Positions 14,271 through 28,500 of a DNA stretch of 64,000 nt are shown piece after piece. The notes below the pieces were generated by a model that saw only the letters and a program-made list of their open reading frames with translations, ran no database searches and was not told the origin of the DNA. The stretch is from assembly GCA_964016885.1 (NCBI GenBank), contig OZ024748.1, positions 59,334,001 through 59,398,000 of the forward strand, written 5' to 3'. How positions within the stretch are numbered: the first letter of the stretch is position 1; each line of letters opens with the position of its first letter. This stretch comes from Eledone cirrhosa. Lineage: Eukaryota. The position numbers and the translations under genes were made by a program.

Positions 14271-16368
14271 TGTCCGATGCTCTACAGATCCTGCCAATTC
14301 ACCGCCCTTGAAGGAATAATTGATTATAATTTGGGTTTGTTTTGTTTTGTTTTTCTTGAAAATATTTTTTAAAAATTTTTATTTTATTTTCAAAAATTAC
14401 AACAAAGTACTAATAAACACTATAAATTATTTCTTCAGATTTAACAAGAACAAATTCTTCAGGTAAATGAGATCTTTCTGGTTATTTAACTCTTAACATC
14501 ATGTAATGATTTTAGCAGAAAAAAATATCTACAAACATGTATGTTAATCTAAACGTTTATACTATATTTACTAGTGGACAGATTGGTTTTGGAGAAAAAA
14601 ATATTTGTAGTATTAGTATAAAAAAAGACTTTCATGGTGCTGTTTTTTGTACTTTTTTCAAGAATGTCTTGCTAATGTGGTTTCATGTGGGACAGGATGT
14701 TAAGAGTTAAGGAATATACCAAACAAACCAAAATAACAATACTTTGGAACTTGTTCTACAAAGAAAAACCCCCACCCTCACCTTGTGATAATATAACAGG
14801 GTTTCTGTTTTTTGTATTATTTTGTTTGTTTTTAAGGGACTTTTACTGTGTTTTTTTTAAAACCTTTTGCTCAGTATTTCAGGAGGGAGGGGTAGAGTGA
14901 GGGTAGAGGAGAACAATTGTGGTGGAGGTGGTGGTGGTGGTAGTAGTAGTAGAAATAATAGTAATAGTAGTAGTGGTAGTAGTGATATGAGAGGTGTGAG
15001 GGGGAGGGACATTTATGGTAGTGGTAGTAGTAATAGTAATAATAATAGTAGTAGTAGTAGTAGTAGTAGAGACAGACAGACAGACAGAGAGAGAGGAGGA
15101 GGGATGGAAAATTAAATAACTTTTTTTATTGCCCTCTCCCCCTCCACTGAAATGAAAAGTAGAATTAAAATAATATTTTGCTTTAAAATAATTTAGAAAA
15201 AAAAAAAAAAATTCAATTAAAAACGGAACAATATTTCTTTGTAATTAATGTCAAATATATATACTTTTTTTTATCTTAGGCATAATTAATTGGCTTCTTA
15301 AAAGTTGCCATTAAAGATGAGGTCTTTTATTAATTCTTTAAACCTTCCTTCTTGAAAACAGTCGATATTAAGTTTGACCAATTTTTAAAAGCTAGTGATT
15401 ATATTTTTTTTTTCCTTTCTTATTTATATTTATATATTTATATATTTATATATATATATTTGTTTTTTGTTTGTTTGTTTTTTGTTTTGTTTTTCTTTCT
15501 TTTTAAAACTTTCAGATAGTTTCAACTGCACCTACAATTTACGAAGATGCGTAAATTCAGCATCATCAGCAGATAAAGATGACACTGCACATTTCTGCAT
15601 TGGAGGGGAGGGGGAAAAAAAACTCGACATTCTTTACCCATTCATATCTTGGCAAGATTATTTCATTTTTCTTCTTTTTTTTCTCTTAAATCTCTCTTTT
15701 AAGTATTTACCTGTCTATCCAACCCTCAAATCATCCAGCCAACAATCCATCTGACCATCTATAAATCCATCGATCCAATCAGACATCCAGCCAACCAACC
15801 CTACCATCGATCAGTCGGTCGGTTGGTCAGTCTGTCTGTTCGTTTGTCTAGCCAGCCAGCCAGCCAACCATACCATCTGTCAGTCAGTCGGTTGGTCAAT
15901 TGGTCAGTCGGTCTGTTCGTTTGTCTATCCAGCCATCCAGCCAACCAAACAACTAGCCAGTCAACCAACCATACCATCGGTCGGTTGGTCAATTGGTCAG
16001 TTCGTTTGTCTATCCATCCAGCCAACCATCCCATCGGATGGTCGGTTGATTGGTCAGTTGGTAAGTCAGTCTGTTCGTTAGTCTATCCAGTTAGCCAACC
16101 ATCGCGTCGGTCAATTGGTCAGTTGGCCTGTTTGCTTGTCTATCCATCAATCCAATCAGCCAGCCGTCCAGCCAGCCAGCCAACCAACGAACCATCCCAT
16201 TAGTTGGTCAGTCGGTGAGTCGGTCTGTTTGTTTGTCCATTCGTCCCGGTCACATTCCCATCTCTCGCCGCCATCAATCTCTATGCGTGTCTGTGATGTG
16301 TCTGCTGTTGAACCCGTGAAGCATCAGATGCAGTGAACTCAAGTGGAATCTGCAGTCTTGTCCCGCTG

Positions 16369-16712
16369 TCATTTCGGAGATGCTCGCACTATACAAGTTT
16401 CTACTTTCAGAGAGCCTGCATTCCTGCGACTGCTACCACCACCACCACCGCCAGCGCTGCTGCTGCTGCTACTGCTGTTGTTGTTGTTGTTGCTACTCGC
16501 TCCCCTTTCCACTATAATCGGAGTGACGGAAGAGACGCTACCACCACCACTACCACCGCCAAAGGTGGCGATGGTGGCTGGAGCTGTTGATGAGGACACT
16601 GGAGCACTGGACAATGGCGTGGCAACAGTGGTCAGACCAGCTGCTACTACGTTCTCTCCGGACGAAATTCCAGTTGCTGTGATAATGATGTTTGGTGTCT
16701 CTCCAACAGGGA
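16369..16712 (-). CDS. ATF2: ATF2-like terminal coding exon 10 ([15 protein letters not shown]...VRASPK*)
   Basis: Polypyrimidine tract plus cag|TC acceptor is phase-1 compatible; open to TGA at 16369-16371; low-complexity C-terminus. Confidence 0.75.
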
Positions 16713-19509
16713 CTGGTCAATGGAGAAAAAAAAAAATAATAATAATTGTTTCTACTTTAGGCACAAAGCCAGCAATTTGGGGAGAGGGAAAAGTCAATTA
16801 AATCAACCCCAGTGCATTACTGGTACTTTATTTATCGACCCCGTAAGGATGAAAGGCAAAGCCAACCTTGGCGGGATTTGAACTCAGAACATAAAAGGCT
16901 GTAACTCTATGATGCAAAGCATATTGTCAGACGCCCAACCGATACTGCCAATCCAGTGCCCTAAACAATAATATCAACGGTCCCATACAGGGAGGATTTC
17001 CAATTTAGGCACAAGGCCAGCAATGTGATGAGGGAAGAGGGGAGAAAGTTGATGATATCAACCTCAAGTATTTGACTTTTGTTTGTTCTTTTATGGACCT
17101 TGGAAGGGTGAAAGGCAAAGTTGAAACATATTGAGTTTGAATATAAAGTTTTTATATAAAATTATGATGGAAGGTTTTCTGATAAATTATGCAAACATTT
17201 TGAAAAGGATGGTTTAAGATCCATGATTCTATAATTCAAAACTCCTTGTTTTCAAATATTTATATTCATCTAAAAACCTTCCATCATAATTCTATGTAAG
17301 AACCTTTCTTAACTTATGCTCCAAACTCCAGTCTTATAATGAGAAAGTCTGTTATATTACAAAATCCTTCTAAATTCTTGATTATTTTGAAAATGATTTG
17401 AAAACCATATGCAGTATCTTTCATTAGAAATGTGGTAACGAAAGAGGTTGATAATGAGAAAGTTAGTTAATTTAAATTTTCTTTTTTTTTTTCTTAATTA
17501 TTTTCAAAACTATGGACAGTGTCTTTCATTATAAATATGGTAACGAAATGGGTTAATAATGAGAAAATTAGTTAATTTACAATTTGTTTTTTTAATTCTT
17601 AATTATTTTCAAAACTATAGAGTGTTTTTCATTAGAAATATAGTAACGAAATGGGTTAATAATTAAAAAAATTAGTTAATTGCAACATTTTTTTTTTCAA
17701 ATACTTAATTATTTTCAAAATTAGTTGAAAACTATAGGCAGTGTCTTTCATTAAAAATATGGTAATGAAAGAGTTTAACCCTTTAGCATTTACATTACTC
17801 TATATATACTATTATATTTTTGTGGGAAAGGCTTTGTCTCACATAATATCGAATCTATGAGATTTTGCTACTATTCATTTTTAGAACAATACCCTAACGT
17901 CAGTATGAGCAGCCAGTTATGGTTGGTTTGAACAGAAAGAGGTAAGAGAATTATGGCTGGATACAGCCAGTTTAAATGCTAAAGGGTTAAAAAAAGAAAC
18001 CAGATGTGGACTTACCTGCCTGTATGGAGAGTTGCCCCATAGATTTCTGTTGAAGTGTGATAGGACAGTCCTTGTGAGCGAGTAACAATGATTTTAACTG
18101 AGCCACTTCAGTACGTAAAAGATTTACTTCACTCTGGGAAAATTGGTCAATAAAGAAGAGATAGATAAGTTTCACAGAAAGAAAACACAAACATCGAAGG
18201 TCAGATCTCATTAAGTGAACACTTAACATGTTAGAAATAGCAGCCACAATACCTCCCTCGTTTTTTACTGTTTAGTCACAGAGAGAAGAACTGTGCTTAT
18301 GACATGACCCTTTTAAGGGTCTTTAAGATTGATGAGGGGGATGGAAGGTGGTACCTTCACATTAGGAATAAGCATGCAGTAAACTGACACACACATGAAG
18401 ACACACACACACATCGAGAGATAGAGTTGATGAGCTTCTTCACAGATGCCATCTACCAAATTACTGACAAGTTAGCCATGAAGCTATAGTAAAAGATACT
18501 TGCTCAAGGTTCCATACAGTTGAAGTGGGACCTGAAATGATGTGGTTGTGAAGTGGAGTTCATAACCACACAACTTAGCAGTTCAACAAAAAGAGATCGA
18601 TAAAGTAAGGACCAGACTTGAAAAAATAAGTACTGGAATCGATATGGTCTACTAAATCAAGGCAATGCCCCAGCATGGTCCTAGTCTGATGACTGAAAAG
18701 AGTAAAAGAATAAAAGAAAGGATTGGAGTTCTCCTCAATAAAGGTACATAACTCTGTTCCAGTTTGATATTGAAATATAACAGCTTTTATATCGTACTTG
18801 TTGGTTAACCACAAACCACTCCTGGTGAAGTTCTACTTGTTGGTTAGCAACCACAAGTCAGTCCCGGTGAAGCTCTACATGCTGATAAGCCACTAGCCAC
18901 TCCTGGTCAAGCTCTACTTGTTGATAAGGCACTAGCCAGTCTTACTCAATCTGGACTATGGTCAAAGTCATTCCAGCTGTCACCTTGCTATCTTTCTTTC
19001 AACCATAATGTATCCAAGACTATAACATTGGACGTGTTCTTGGGGTTTTTTAACCCTTTCGATAGCAAACTACTTGAAAAACCACGCTTGTTTTCTTATG
19101 ATACAATTTATTTATAACCCTTTTGATAGTAAACACCCCAAACCCCGAACCTGTTTCTATGATACAAGGTCAATTATTTTTTAACTATTTACATATCAAA
19201 CTACCTGAACCCCTAAACCCTGTTTCTATGGTAGAAGGTAAATTATTTTGAAGTGTTTATGGTTATGGTTACACACCTGTAATCTAGAGTTGGTATTCTG
19301 CAATTCTTCTGCTTTTTTCTCTAAGTCAGTAATCCACTGCTTCCTCTTCTGCCGGCACCTGGCTGCAGCAGCCCTGTTAACAGATAGATAGACAGGTGAA
19401 AGAGAGGGGGAAGAGAAAGAGGGAGAGGTGATAGGGAGAGATAAACAAACAGGTGAGAGATAGGAGAGAGCAACAGTCATTGAATATGAGATACAACAAC
19501 AGTTATTAA

Positions 19510-19555
<46 letters not shown>

Positions 19556-22500
19556 TGAACAGAACAATAGTGACAGTTATTGGATGAGAGAAAAAGAGAG
19601 AGACGTAGATGAGATACCACACACACAAAAAAAAGACCAGGTAGGGTAGTTGCTAAAACAAATGCAACGTCCAGCAATATTAGAACTATCAGTCCATCAG
19701 CCAAATCAGCCATGTTAACACATGAGTTAATTCTCAGAGTTATTGTAAATAGACAACAACTGAAGTAGAAAACATCAGGACTATAGAATATTGAGAAGTG
19801 CTGAACGTACCTGTTCCTTTCAAGAAATTTTCGTCGTCTTTCATCAGGGTCATCTTCTCCAGATCTCTTCGGTCTTTTGCTATCAAAGTAGAAAATATGT
19901 TTTACATTAAAATAAAAAGCATATTTTGGTAGAATTGGGATAAACATGGGCTCCATAAGACATGGAGAAGGTAACTCGTGTAGGAGAAGAGCAGTGACTC
20001 CAAATAAAATATGACTGCACATGGTAGACATTGGCTCCATAAGCCATGGAGAAGGCAACCCATGAAGGAGAGCAGGGACTCCAAATAAAATATGACTGCA
20101 CGTGGTAGACATTGGCTCCATAAGCCATGGAGAAGGCAGCCCATGAAGGAGAGCAGGGACTCCAAATAAAATATGACTGCACATGGTAGACATTGGCTCC
20201 ATAAGCCATGGAGAAGGCAACCCATGAAGGAGAGCAGGGACTCCAAATAAAATATGACTGCACGTGGTAGACATTGGCTCCATAAGCCATGGAGAAGGCA
20301 GCCCATGAAGGAGAGCAGGGACTCCAAATAAAATATGACTGCACATGGTAGACATTGGCTCCATAAGCCATGGAGAAGGCAACCCATGAAGGAGAGCAGT
20401 GACTCCAAATAAAATATGACTGCACATGGTAGACATTGGCTCCATAAGCCATGGAGAAGGCAACCCATGAAGGAGAGCAGGGACTCCAAATAAAATATGA
20501 CTGCACGTGGTAGACATTGGCTCCATAAGCCATGGAGAAGGCAACCCATGAAGGAGAGCAGGGACTCCAAATAAAATATGACTGCACGTGGTAGACATTG
20601 GCTCCATAAGCCATGGAGAAGGCAGCCCATGAAGGAGAGCAGGGACTCCAAATAAAATATGACTGCACATGGTAGACATTGGCTCCATAAGCCATGGAGA
20701 AGGCAACCCATAAAGGAGAGCAGTGACTCCAAATAAAATATGACTGCACATGGTAGACATTGGCTCCATAAGCCATGGAGAAGGCAACCCATGAAGGAGA
20801 GCAGGGACTCCAAATAAAATATGACTGCACATGGTAGACATTGGCTCCATAAGCCATGGAGAAGGCAACCCATAAAGGAGAGCAGTGACTCCAAATAAAA
20901 TATGACTGCACATGGTAGACATTGGCTCCATAAGCCATGGAGAAGGCAACCCATGAAGGAGAGCAGGGACTCCAAATAAAATATGACTGCACATGGTAGA
21001 CATTGGCTCCATAAGCCATGGAGAAGGCAACCCATGAAGGAGAGCAGGGACTCCGAATAAAATATGACTGCACGTGGTAGACATTGGCTCCATAAGCCAT
21101 GGAGAAGGCAGCCCATGAAGGAGAGCAGGGACTCCAAATAAAATATGACTGCACATGGTAGACATTGGCTCCATAAGCCATGGAGAAGGCAACCCATAAA
21201 GGAGAGCAGTGACTCCAAATAAAATATGACTGCACATGGTAGACATTGGCTCCATAAGCCATGGAGAAGGCAACCCATGAAGGAGAGCAGGGACTCCAAA
21301 TAAAATATGACTGCACATGGTAGACATTGGCTCCATAAGCCATGGAGAAGGCAACCCATAAAGGAGAGCAGTGACTCCAAATAAAATATGACTGCACATG
21401 GTAGACATTGGCTCCATAAGCCATGGAGAAGGCAACCCATGAAGGAGAGCAGGGACTCCAAATAAAATATGACTGCACATGGTAGACATTGGCTCCATAA
21501 GCCATGGAGAAGGCAACCCATGAAGGAGAGCAGGGACTCCAAATAAAATATGACTGCACATGGTAGACATTGGCTCCATAAGCCATGGAGAAGGCAGCCC
21601 ATGAAGGAGAGCAGGGACTCCAAATAAAATATGACTGCACGTGGTAGACATTGGCTCCATAAACCATGGAGAAGGCAGCCCATGAAGGAGAGCAGGGACA
21701 CTGAATAAAAACTAATATGGAGTAGAGAATACCCTTCAATCCAGTAAGACAACTTCATTTGTACTGGTGGCATGAATAATGCCCCTGGTCGACGCTGTTG
21801 AAGAAGAGGAGGATGGAGGAGAGGAGGAAGAGGTAGAGGATGGATAAGAGGAGGAAGAAGAAGAGGAGGGTGAAGGGGAGGGTGAAGAAGAGGGTGAAGA
21901 GGAGAGTGAAGAAGAGGAGGGTGAAGAAGGAGAGGAGGAGGATGACAAAAGGATGGGGGGGGGGCAGGAAGGTGAGAAGGAGGTGGAGAAATATTTCAAA
22001 AGTTTTACTAACATGACAGCTCCACTGCCACCAATGATAGCTGCATCGAGGCTCTCTGGTGATGAAACTGTAGCATCAGATGTGACACTGGCTGTCTCAG
22101 TTATTATGGACATAGATGACGGTGATGGTGATGCTATTTGACTGACATGGTTGACCGAATCCACCAACCGACTGTTGTTGGAAGTGGTCAAGTCTTGAGG
22201 GACATTTTGACTACTTTGTAAAGCAGCTTTCAATTTCTGACAGAGAGAAAAATAAACAAAAAAAAAAGCAACAAGGATTAAAGAAATAACATTTAAAAAT
22301 AAAAAAAATTCTAGAACAATCATATTTGATGGGGGAAAAAAAATATACCAAATATATTCCAATATAAGTCGATGGTGAATATAAGGCAAACCCACCCTCT
22401 ATTTTTTGTTTGAGATATTGAGCAGAACTCTAAACCTTATTTACGTAGGATTAGAATTTGGTAAAAATCATCAAAATATTGACCCCCAAATATGAACCAA

Positions 22501-22557
22501 CCCTGCTTCTACCATCCATTTTTTTGGGGTCACATATTCTTCAGCTTAAATTTGAGT

Positions 22558-22588
<31 letters not shown>

Positions 22589-24776
22589 CTAGCAGCAGTA
22601 CCCAGCGTTGCTTGGGTAGGTAAAATAATATCTGCTTTGATGAAAAGGTGTTGATCTTAGCGACTGCTTCTCGATGACTCATCTATGGCCACACATAGGC
22701 CATGCGGGGGAGGGTGGTGATGACCTCTATCACTGAGAAACGTGGGTGACTGACGAAGGGGCATGATGGGGGAGGGAGGTAATGACCTCTAACACGAAGC
22801 CAAATTTCCTCACGCTACTTGATTGGAAACCGATGAATTCTCAAATACACAACTAAAAGCTCAGACGACATCAGTGGCCATCGTTTTGCCTTTGACCATC
22901 TATAAGATGTGCAATGATAGGTTCTATCGTAGTATAAAAGTTGAACCAAATAAATTGATTTGTGTGAGGTGGAGCTGAAGATTTGAATTTGAACGAAATC
23001 GGTTGAAAAATGTGGGAGCTAGAGCTGAAAAGCCGGAAATTTGAGCAAAAAAGGTGGTATTTTCGAATATTTAAGCGGCTGCCACGCCGTTCCTGAACAA
23101 AAAATCCAAAATGTAAAGCCACTTTAAGACGTGAAATAATCAGATCTAGCGTAGTGTAAAATTTGAACAAAGTAGGTTGATTAATGTGGGAGCTAGAGCC
23201 AAAAAAGTGGAAATTTGAGTCTAAAAGTGGTATTTTTGAATATTTAAGCGGCTGCCACACCGTCCCTGAACAACAAATGCAAAATATAAAGCCATTACAG
23301 GATGTGCAATGATAAATTCTATTTTGCTTTAAAATTTGAATGAAATTGGTGGCAAAATGTGGGAGCTAGAGCCAAAAATCTTATTTTTATCTGCAGAATG
23401 ACCCCCGGAAATAAAAAAACGATATGCACATATATAGAAAACACTCCCCGATGATTAATCTATGAGCCTGTAAAGTTTCATGAAAATCGATCGTAAAATG
23501 TAGGCCCCTATAGGTAATACACATACGCACACACACACATACTTAATTTTTTATATATACAGATATATATATATATATATTATAAAATAAGAGGAGGCTG
23601 GACTGGTGTAATTCTTTAAAAGGTTTATTATACTATGATCATTTCAGTGACATCATCAGGTATTCGAAATATAACAAAGAAATATAATAGACAAAATCCA
23701 TGGGGCTGAAAATCAGAGACATGAGGGCGACCGAACATTTAGCAGCTTCTACCCCGGTCGGCCGCCCTCCAACTACACACCACCAAGTACACAAACGAAG
23801 ACGGGTGAGTTGCATTACGTCGAGTGCTCTCCATAATATTATATCGAGGTTGACCATACGGAATGACCAGTTCTATCCAGTGGTGAACCAACAAACCTAA
23901 ATAAATATATATATATATATATCATCATCATCTTCATTTAACGTCCATCTTCCACGCTAGCATATATATATTTACTAACAAAATTAAAGATGTCATGTCT
24001 GAGAATATCAGAAATATGCACCATGCCACTTGTAGAAGCTCAAAGATTCTAAGGAATAAATCCGAGCATTTATTGAAATTAAATTAAAAGTCGATTGACA
24101 TATTTATATAAAATAAACATATCATCAAACATTGACAGGGCATAAGTTGTACAAATTATCCCCTGTCAATGTTTGATGATATGTTTATTTTATATAAATA
24201 TGTCAATTGACTTTTGATTTAATTTTGATTTATATATATATATATATATATATATCAAAGGTATATATTGAGTTAGAAACTCAAAATAGTCTCTTACAAC
24301 AAAATAGCTCTAGGAAAGAGATTTTTCCGAGCCATATATTATAATTGAATATAAAAGAAAAACAAACACAGATAAATACATATATGTGTTCAAATTGTAA
24401 GGGACCAGATTCGCTAAGGTGAAATGAATACTAACTGAATGAATACTAATCTGGTCCCTTACAGTTTGAACACATATATGTATATATCTGTGTTTGTTTT
24501 TCTTTTATATTCAATTATATATATATACATATATATATAGAGAGAGAATAAGAAAATGGGAAATAGTTTCAGATGTTAAAGTCCTTTATTAATAAGGCTG
24601 TGATACATATTTCAATGACAACAGTGGCCACGCAATTCCACCTAACCATTGCTATAATCTCATCAGGCAGCTTCTTACATAATAAGGTTACATTCTCAAG
24701 ACAATCCAAATTAAAACGATAAGGGAACAGACAAAGATGAGATGATGCTCTTGAAGCCTTCGCCCGTTCCCTTGTA

Positions 24777-24825
<49 letters not shown>

Positions 24826-24849
24826 ATATATATATGTACATATATATAC

Positions 24850-24894
<45 letters not shown>

Positions 24895-25469
24895 CGTACA
24901 TATATATATATATATATGTATATATATATGTATATATATATATATATATACGTACATATATATATGTGTGCATATATACGTACATATATATATGTGTGCA
25001 TGTATGTATATATATATACATACTACTGTACGTCTGTATACATATATGGTTCAGTGGTTAGAGCATTGGCCTTGCAATCGAAAGGTTGTGAGTTCAATTC
25101 TCAGACCAGGTGATGTGTTGTTTCCTTGAGCAAGGCACTTTATTTCACATTGCTCCAGTTTACTCAGCTGTAGAAATGAGATGATAGGGACTGGGGTCCC
25201 TATCATTCCACTGCAAAGTGGTCGTGGAGGTGCCACGGCAAAAAAGCACCCAGCACTCACTGTAAATGAGGTTGGTGTTAGGAAGGGCATCCAGCTGTAG
25301 AAATCAAGCCAGAATCAGTGCCCGTCCCACCCTTGCAAGCAGGGAAAAGCGGACGTAAAATGATGATGATGATGATGATGATGTACGTACTTATATTTAA
25401 GTATACATACTTATATTTAAGTAACAGCCGTACTAAGAGTGGGAAATGAAGTTTCGTTTCATTTTTCCC

Positions 25470-25510
<41 letters not shown>

Positions 25511-28500
25511 CGTAAATATATATTCATGTACCTCTATGCCAACACAAGAGCAAGAATGAGGGGCTCATTCTACTGACATGGCTTTAAAAATGAGGTTGTT
25601 TGCATAATTGCAAACGAATCGAATATTATTATTATTATTATTAATATTCGAAAAACTCAGATTACATTTAATATATATACACACATATATATATATATAT
25701 ACACATATATAAGCCGACCCCTCACTATTTTGTCTGAGAAATGGTCAAAACTCCAAATCTTATTTTCGTAGAATTAGAAGTTGGTGAAAAATAGTCAAAA
25801 TATTGACCCTGAGTTTAAGCCATTAATGTGACGTGGGCGGTGGATTGGCAGTATCGGTAAAGGGTCAGACGCCATGCTTTGCAGCATAAAGTTACGGCCC
25901 TTTATGGTCTGAGTTCAAATCTCACCGAGGTTAACTTTGCCTTTCATCCTTACGGCGTCAATAAAATAAAGTACCAGTAATACACTGAGATAATTGCTGG
26001 CCTTGTGCCGTAAGTAGAAACAATTAATGTGATGTTAATAAAACCCGAGACAATAAAACACTCCAAATAATGTCAGTAGTGATCAAAGAGTTACTGTATA
26101 TACCAGGATGAAGTGGGCAAAGAAGAAGAAGAAGAAAAAAACAATTAATTACCTGCTTAGCTAACGAAGGTTGACTAAGCCCTGGTGATGAGGAAGTAGT
26201 AGCAATAGCAGAAGCAGCAGCAACTGAAACAGGGGTCGCTGAAGAGGACTTGGGAGAGATGGCAGGGACAGGTATAGAAGCTACCTGCATGGCAGAGTTT
26301 GTAATAGTGGCAGGGATCTGGACAGGAACTGTTTGTCCTGTGGGTAACTGCAAGAACACTTGCATGGTATACTGAGCAGATGAGATAATGTTGGGAGACA
26401 ACCTGCAAAGAAATTATTAAAATTATAATAAACAAATTTACAACTTAAAAATAAAAATAATAATATTAAAAACAAATATCACACAAGTACCAGGTACTAG
26501 TTACACTATGCAATTTGAAAGGAAGGGGAAATAAACTAAATAGACCCCAGTGCATTACTGGTACGTACTTTATTTCATCGACCCTGTAAGGATGAAAGGT
26601 AAAGCTAACCCCAGTGGGATTTGAAATCAGAATATAAAGGATGGTACTATGTGCCACAGAGCGAGTTGTCAAAAGTGCCAATCCTACAAATTTCACATAT
26701 GTACCAGTTACACTATGCCAGTTAGCCCTTTTGATACCAAATTGCCTGAAACCACCCCTAGTTTTACAATACAAATATAAAGTAAAAGGCACAACCTTTC
26801 CTTCCTAAACTAAACACACAGCACCACAAGATTTTAAGGCAGTTTTCCCTGCTAAAAGTAAGGTTAGCCTTATAGGACCCCATAACAAGTTTCACCATTT
26901 TACCCTATCCTTTACACCCATCTTCACCATCATCACCTGCTATGTCTTTCTTGGTCTTGCCTTTATTTTACTTCTTTCTATAGTCATTCAACACATGACC
27001 TAACAGTCTTATCCCATCTCTCTCTCTCCAGCATTCATCACTGGCTTTATTCCCATTAACCTCTACACATCCATTGTTTGTCTTCCTCTCTCTCTCAGTA
27101 ATACTCCTCTCATCCACTGAACCATTTCCATTTTTGTTCTTTCCAGCCTTCTCTGCTGCTCCACATTCATTCCCCCATGTATTGCTTTGTTCCCATTTAA
27201 AAAAGATCAATCAACAAGATCCCAGACCTCACTTACTCACCAAGTGGAGATAGAACATGTCAAATCAGACCAAGGAAACAATGTTCCCATTGCTGATACT
27301 ATCTACCGGTTGCAACTCCTGGCAGAAAGAGTAACATGAAATAAAGTGTCTTGCTCAAAGACATAACGCATCACCTGGTCCAAGAGTCGAACTCGCAACT
27401 TCACAATTGTAAATCCAATTCTCTAACCACTAAGCCACACATGTTCACTTGATCCCATAAATCATAACAATTCTCACACACACCTTGATTAAATAGTTTT
27501 TAAAAAAACTAGAGAAAGAAAAGACAAAAAAAGAAAAGAAATAGACAAAGGAAAGACAAAAAAATAGACAAAGAAAAACAAAAAACAAAACTAGACAAAA
27601 AGACCCCAAAAAGGCTAAAAAATAAGGGAAAAAAAAAACAGCACGTGACTATTGCAGGGTTTGAACTTACATTGGAGCTGCAGTGGTATGAATGACAGTT
27701 GGTAAAGTAGTGGTTGTACTACTGACTGCGGTGCCTTCAGTTGTAGACTGCACCGAACTATCTGCAAGCTGTGATGTTGTCGACATAACCGCATCATCGT
27801 CTGACGTGGTCGATGTAGGTTGAGGCATGGAATGCGTCGCAGAAACAGCCACAGTGGCTGAAGCTGGGGGTGTGGCAATAGACAAGCCATGGCCAGACTG
27901 ACCCCCACTCTCCTGTCTCTGCTGCTGCTGCTGTTGTTGTTGTTGATGTTGTTGAACCACACTGCTTCTCGGCGATTCATCTGCTACTTGTATATCGATG
28001 TCCTCGTTCTCCAATTTGAGAGTTTCCACAATTTTGTGTGGTCTCGCGACCACGGGGGTATTGAGCACTTCATTGGAATGTGGACCTGGTAAAGGGACAG
28101 CCTAGAAAACAACAACAACAAATATTGAAATAGGTCTCCAGTGTTTTCCAACAAAAATGGAAATAATACAAGGGCCGGCTGAAAAGTTCATAGGTTCACC
28201 ATGCTAGAGCTGGGAAATCTTACATGCATTAATTTCAACTCTTCTTAATAATAACTGCATTGTTTCTTTCCAGGGACTATGTTAAAAAAAATAAACCCCA
28301 TTTGGTCATTCGATGAGAGTATCTTGATCAGCCTATGAACTTTTCAGCAAAATGGTTGATGCTAGGAAGGACAACTAAGTTGTAGAAACCATGACAAACA
28401 GGAACCTATGAGCAAGATATGTTTATTTGACCTGTATAGACTCAAAATGTGTCAAACTCTCCAATACATGGACTTAAAATGGTGTTGACAATAATGATAT

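Noticed and set aside
4700-15400. Possible very long 3'UTR and poly(A) site
   Set aside because: Many AATAAA matches are expected in AT-rich DNA; the transcript end cannot be placed from sequence alone.
16343-16801. 152-aa plus-strand ORF with a poly-Leu 'signal/TM' segment
   Set aside because: Antisense shadow of ATF2 exon 10 that runs into a SINE.
19477-21773. 610-727 aa ORFs as an independent gene
   Set aside because: Arise from the 81-bp array; only the 19811-19879 part is a real exon.
21736-22012. Ser/Pro-rich in-frame extension of exon 6
   Set aside because: Lies beyond the gttagt donor that is phase-compatible with exon 7; a (CTT/CCT) tract ending in a stop that would delete the bZIP.
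25047-25110. tRNA-like A/B boxes
   Set aside because: SINE head; no complete cloverleaf and it continues into the SINE body.
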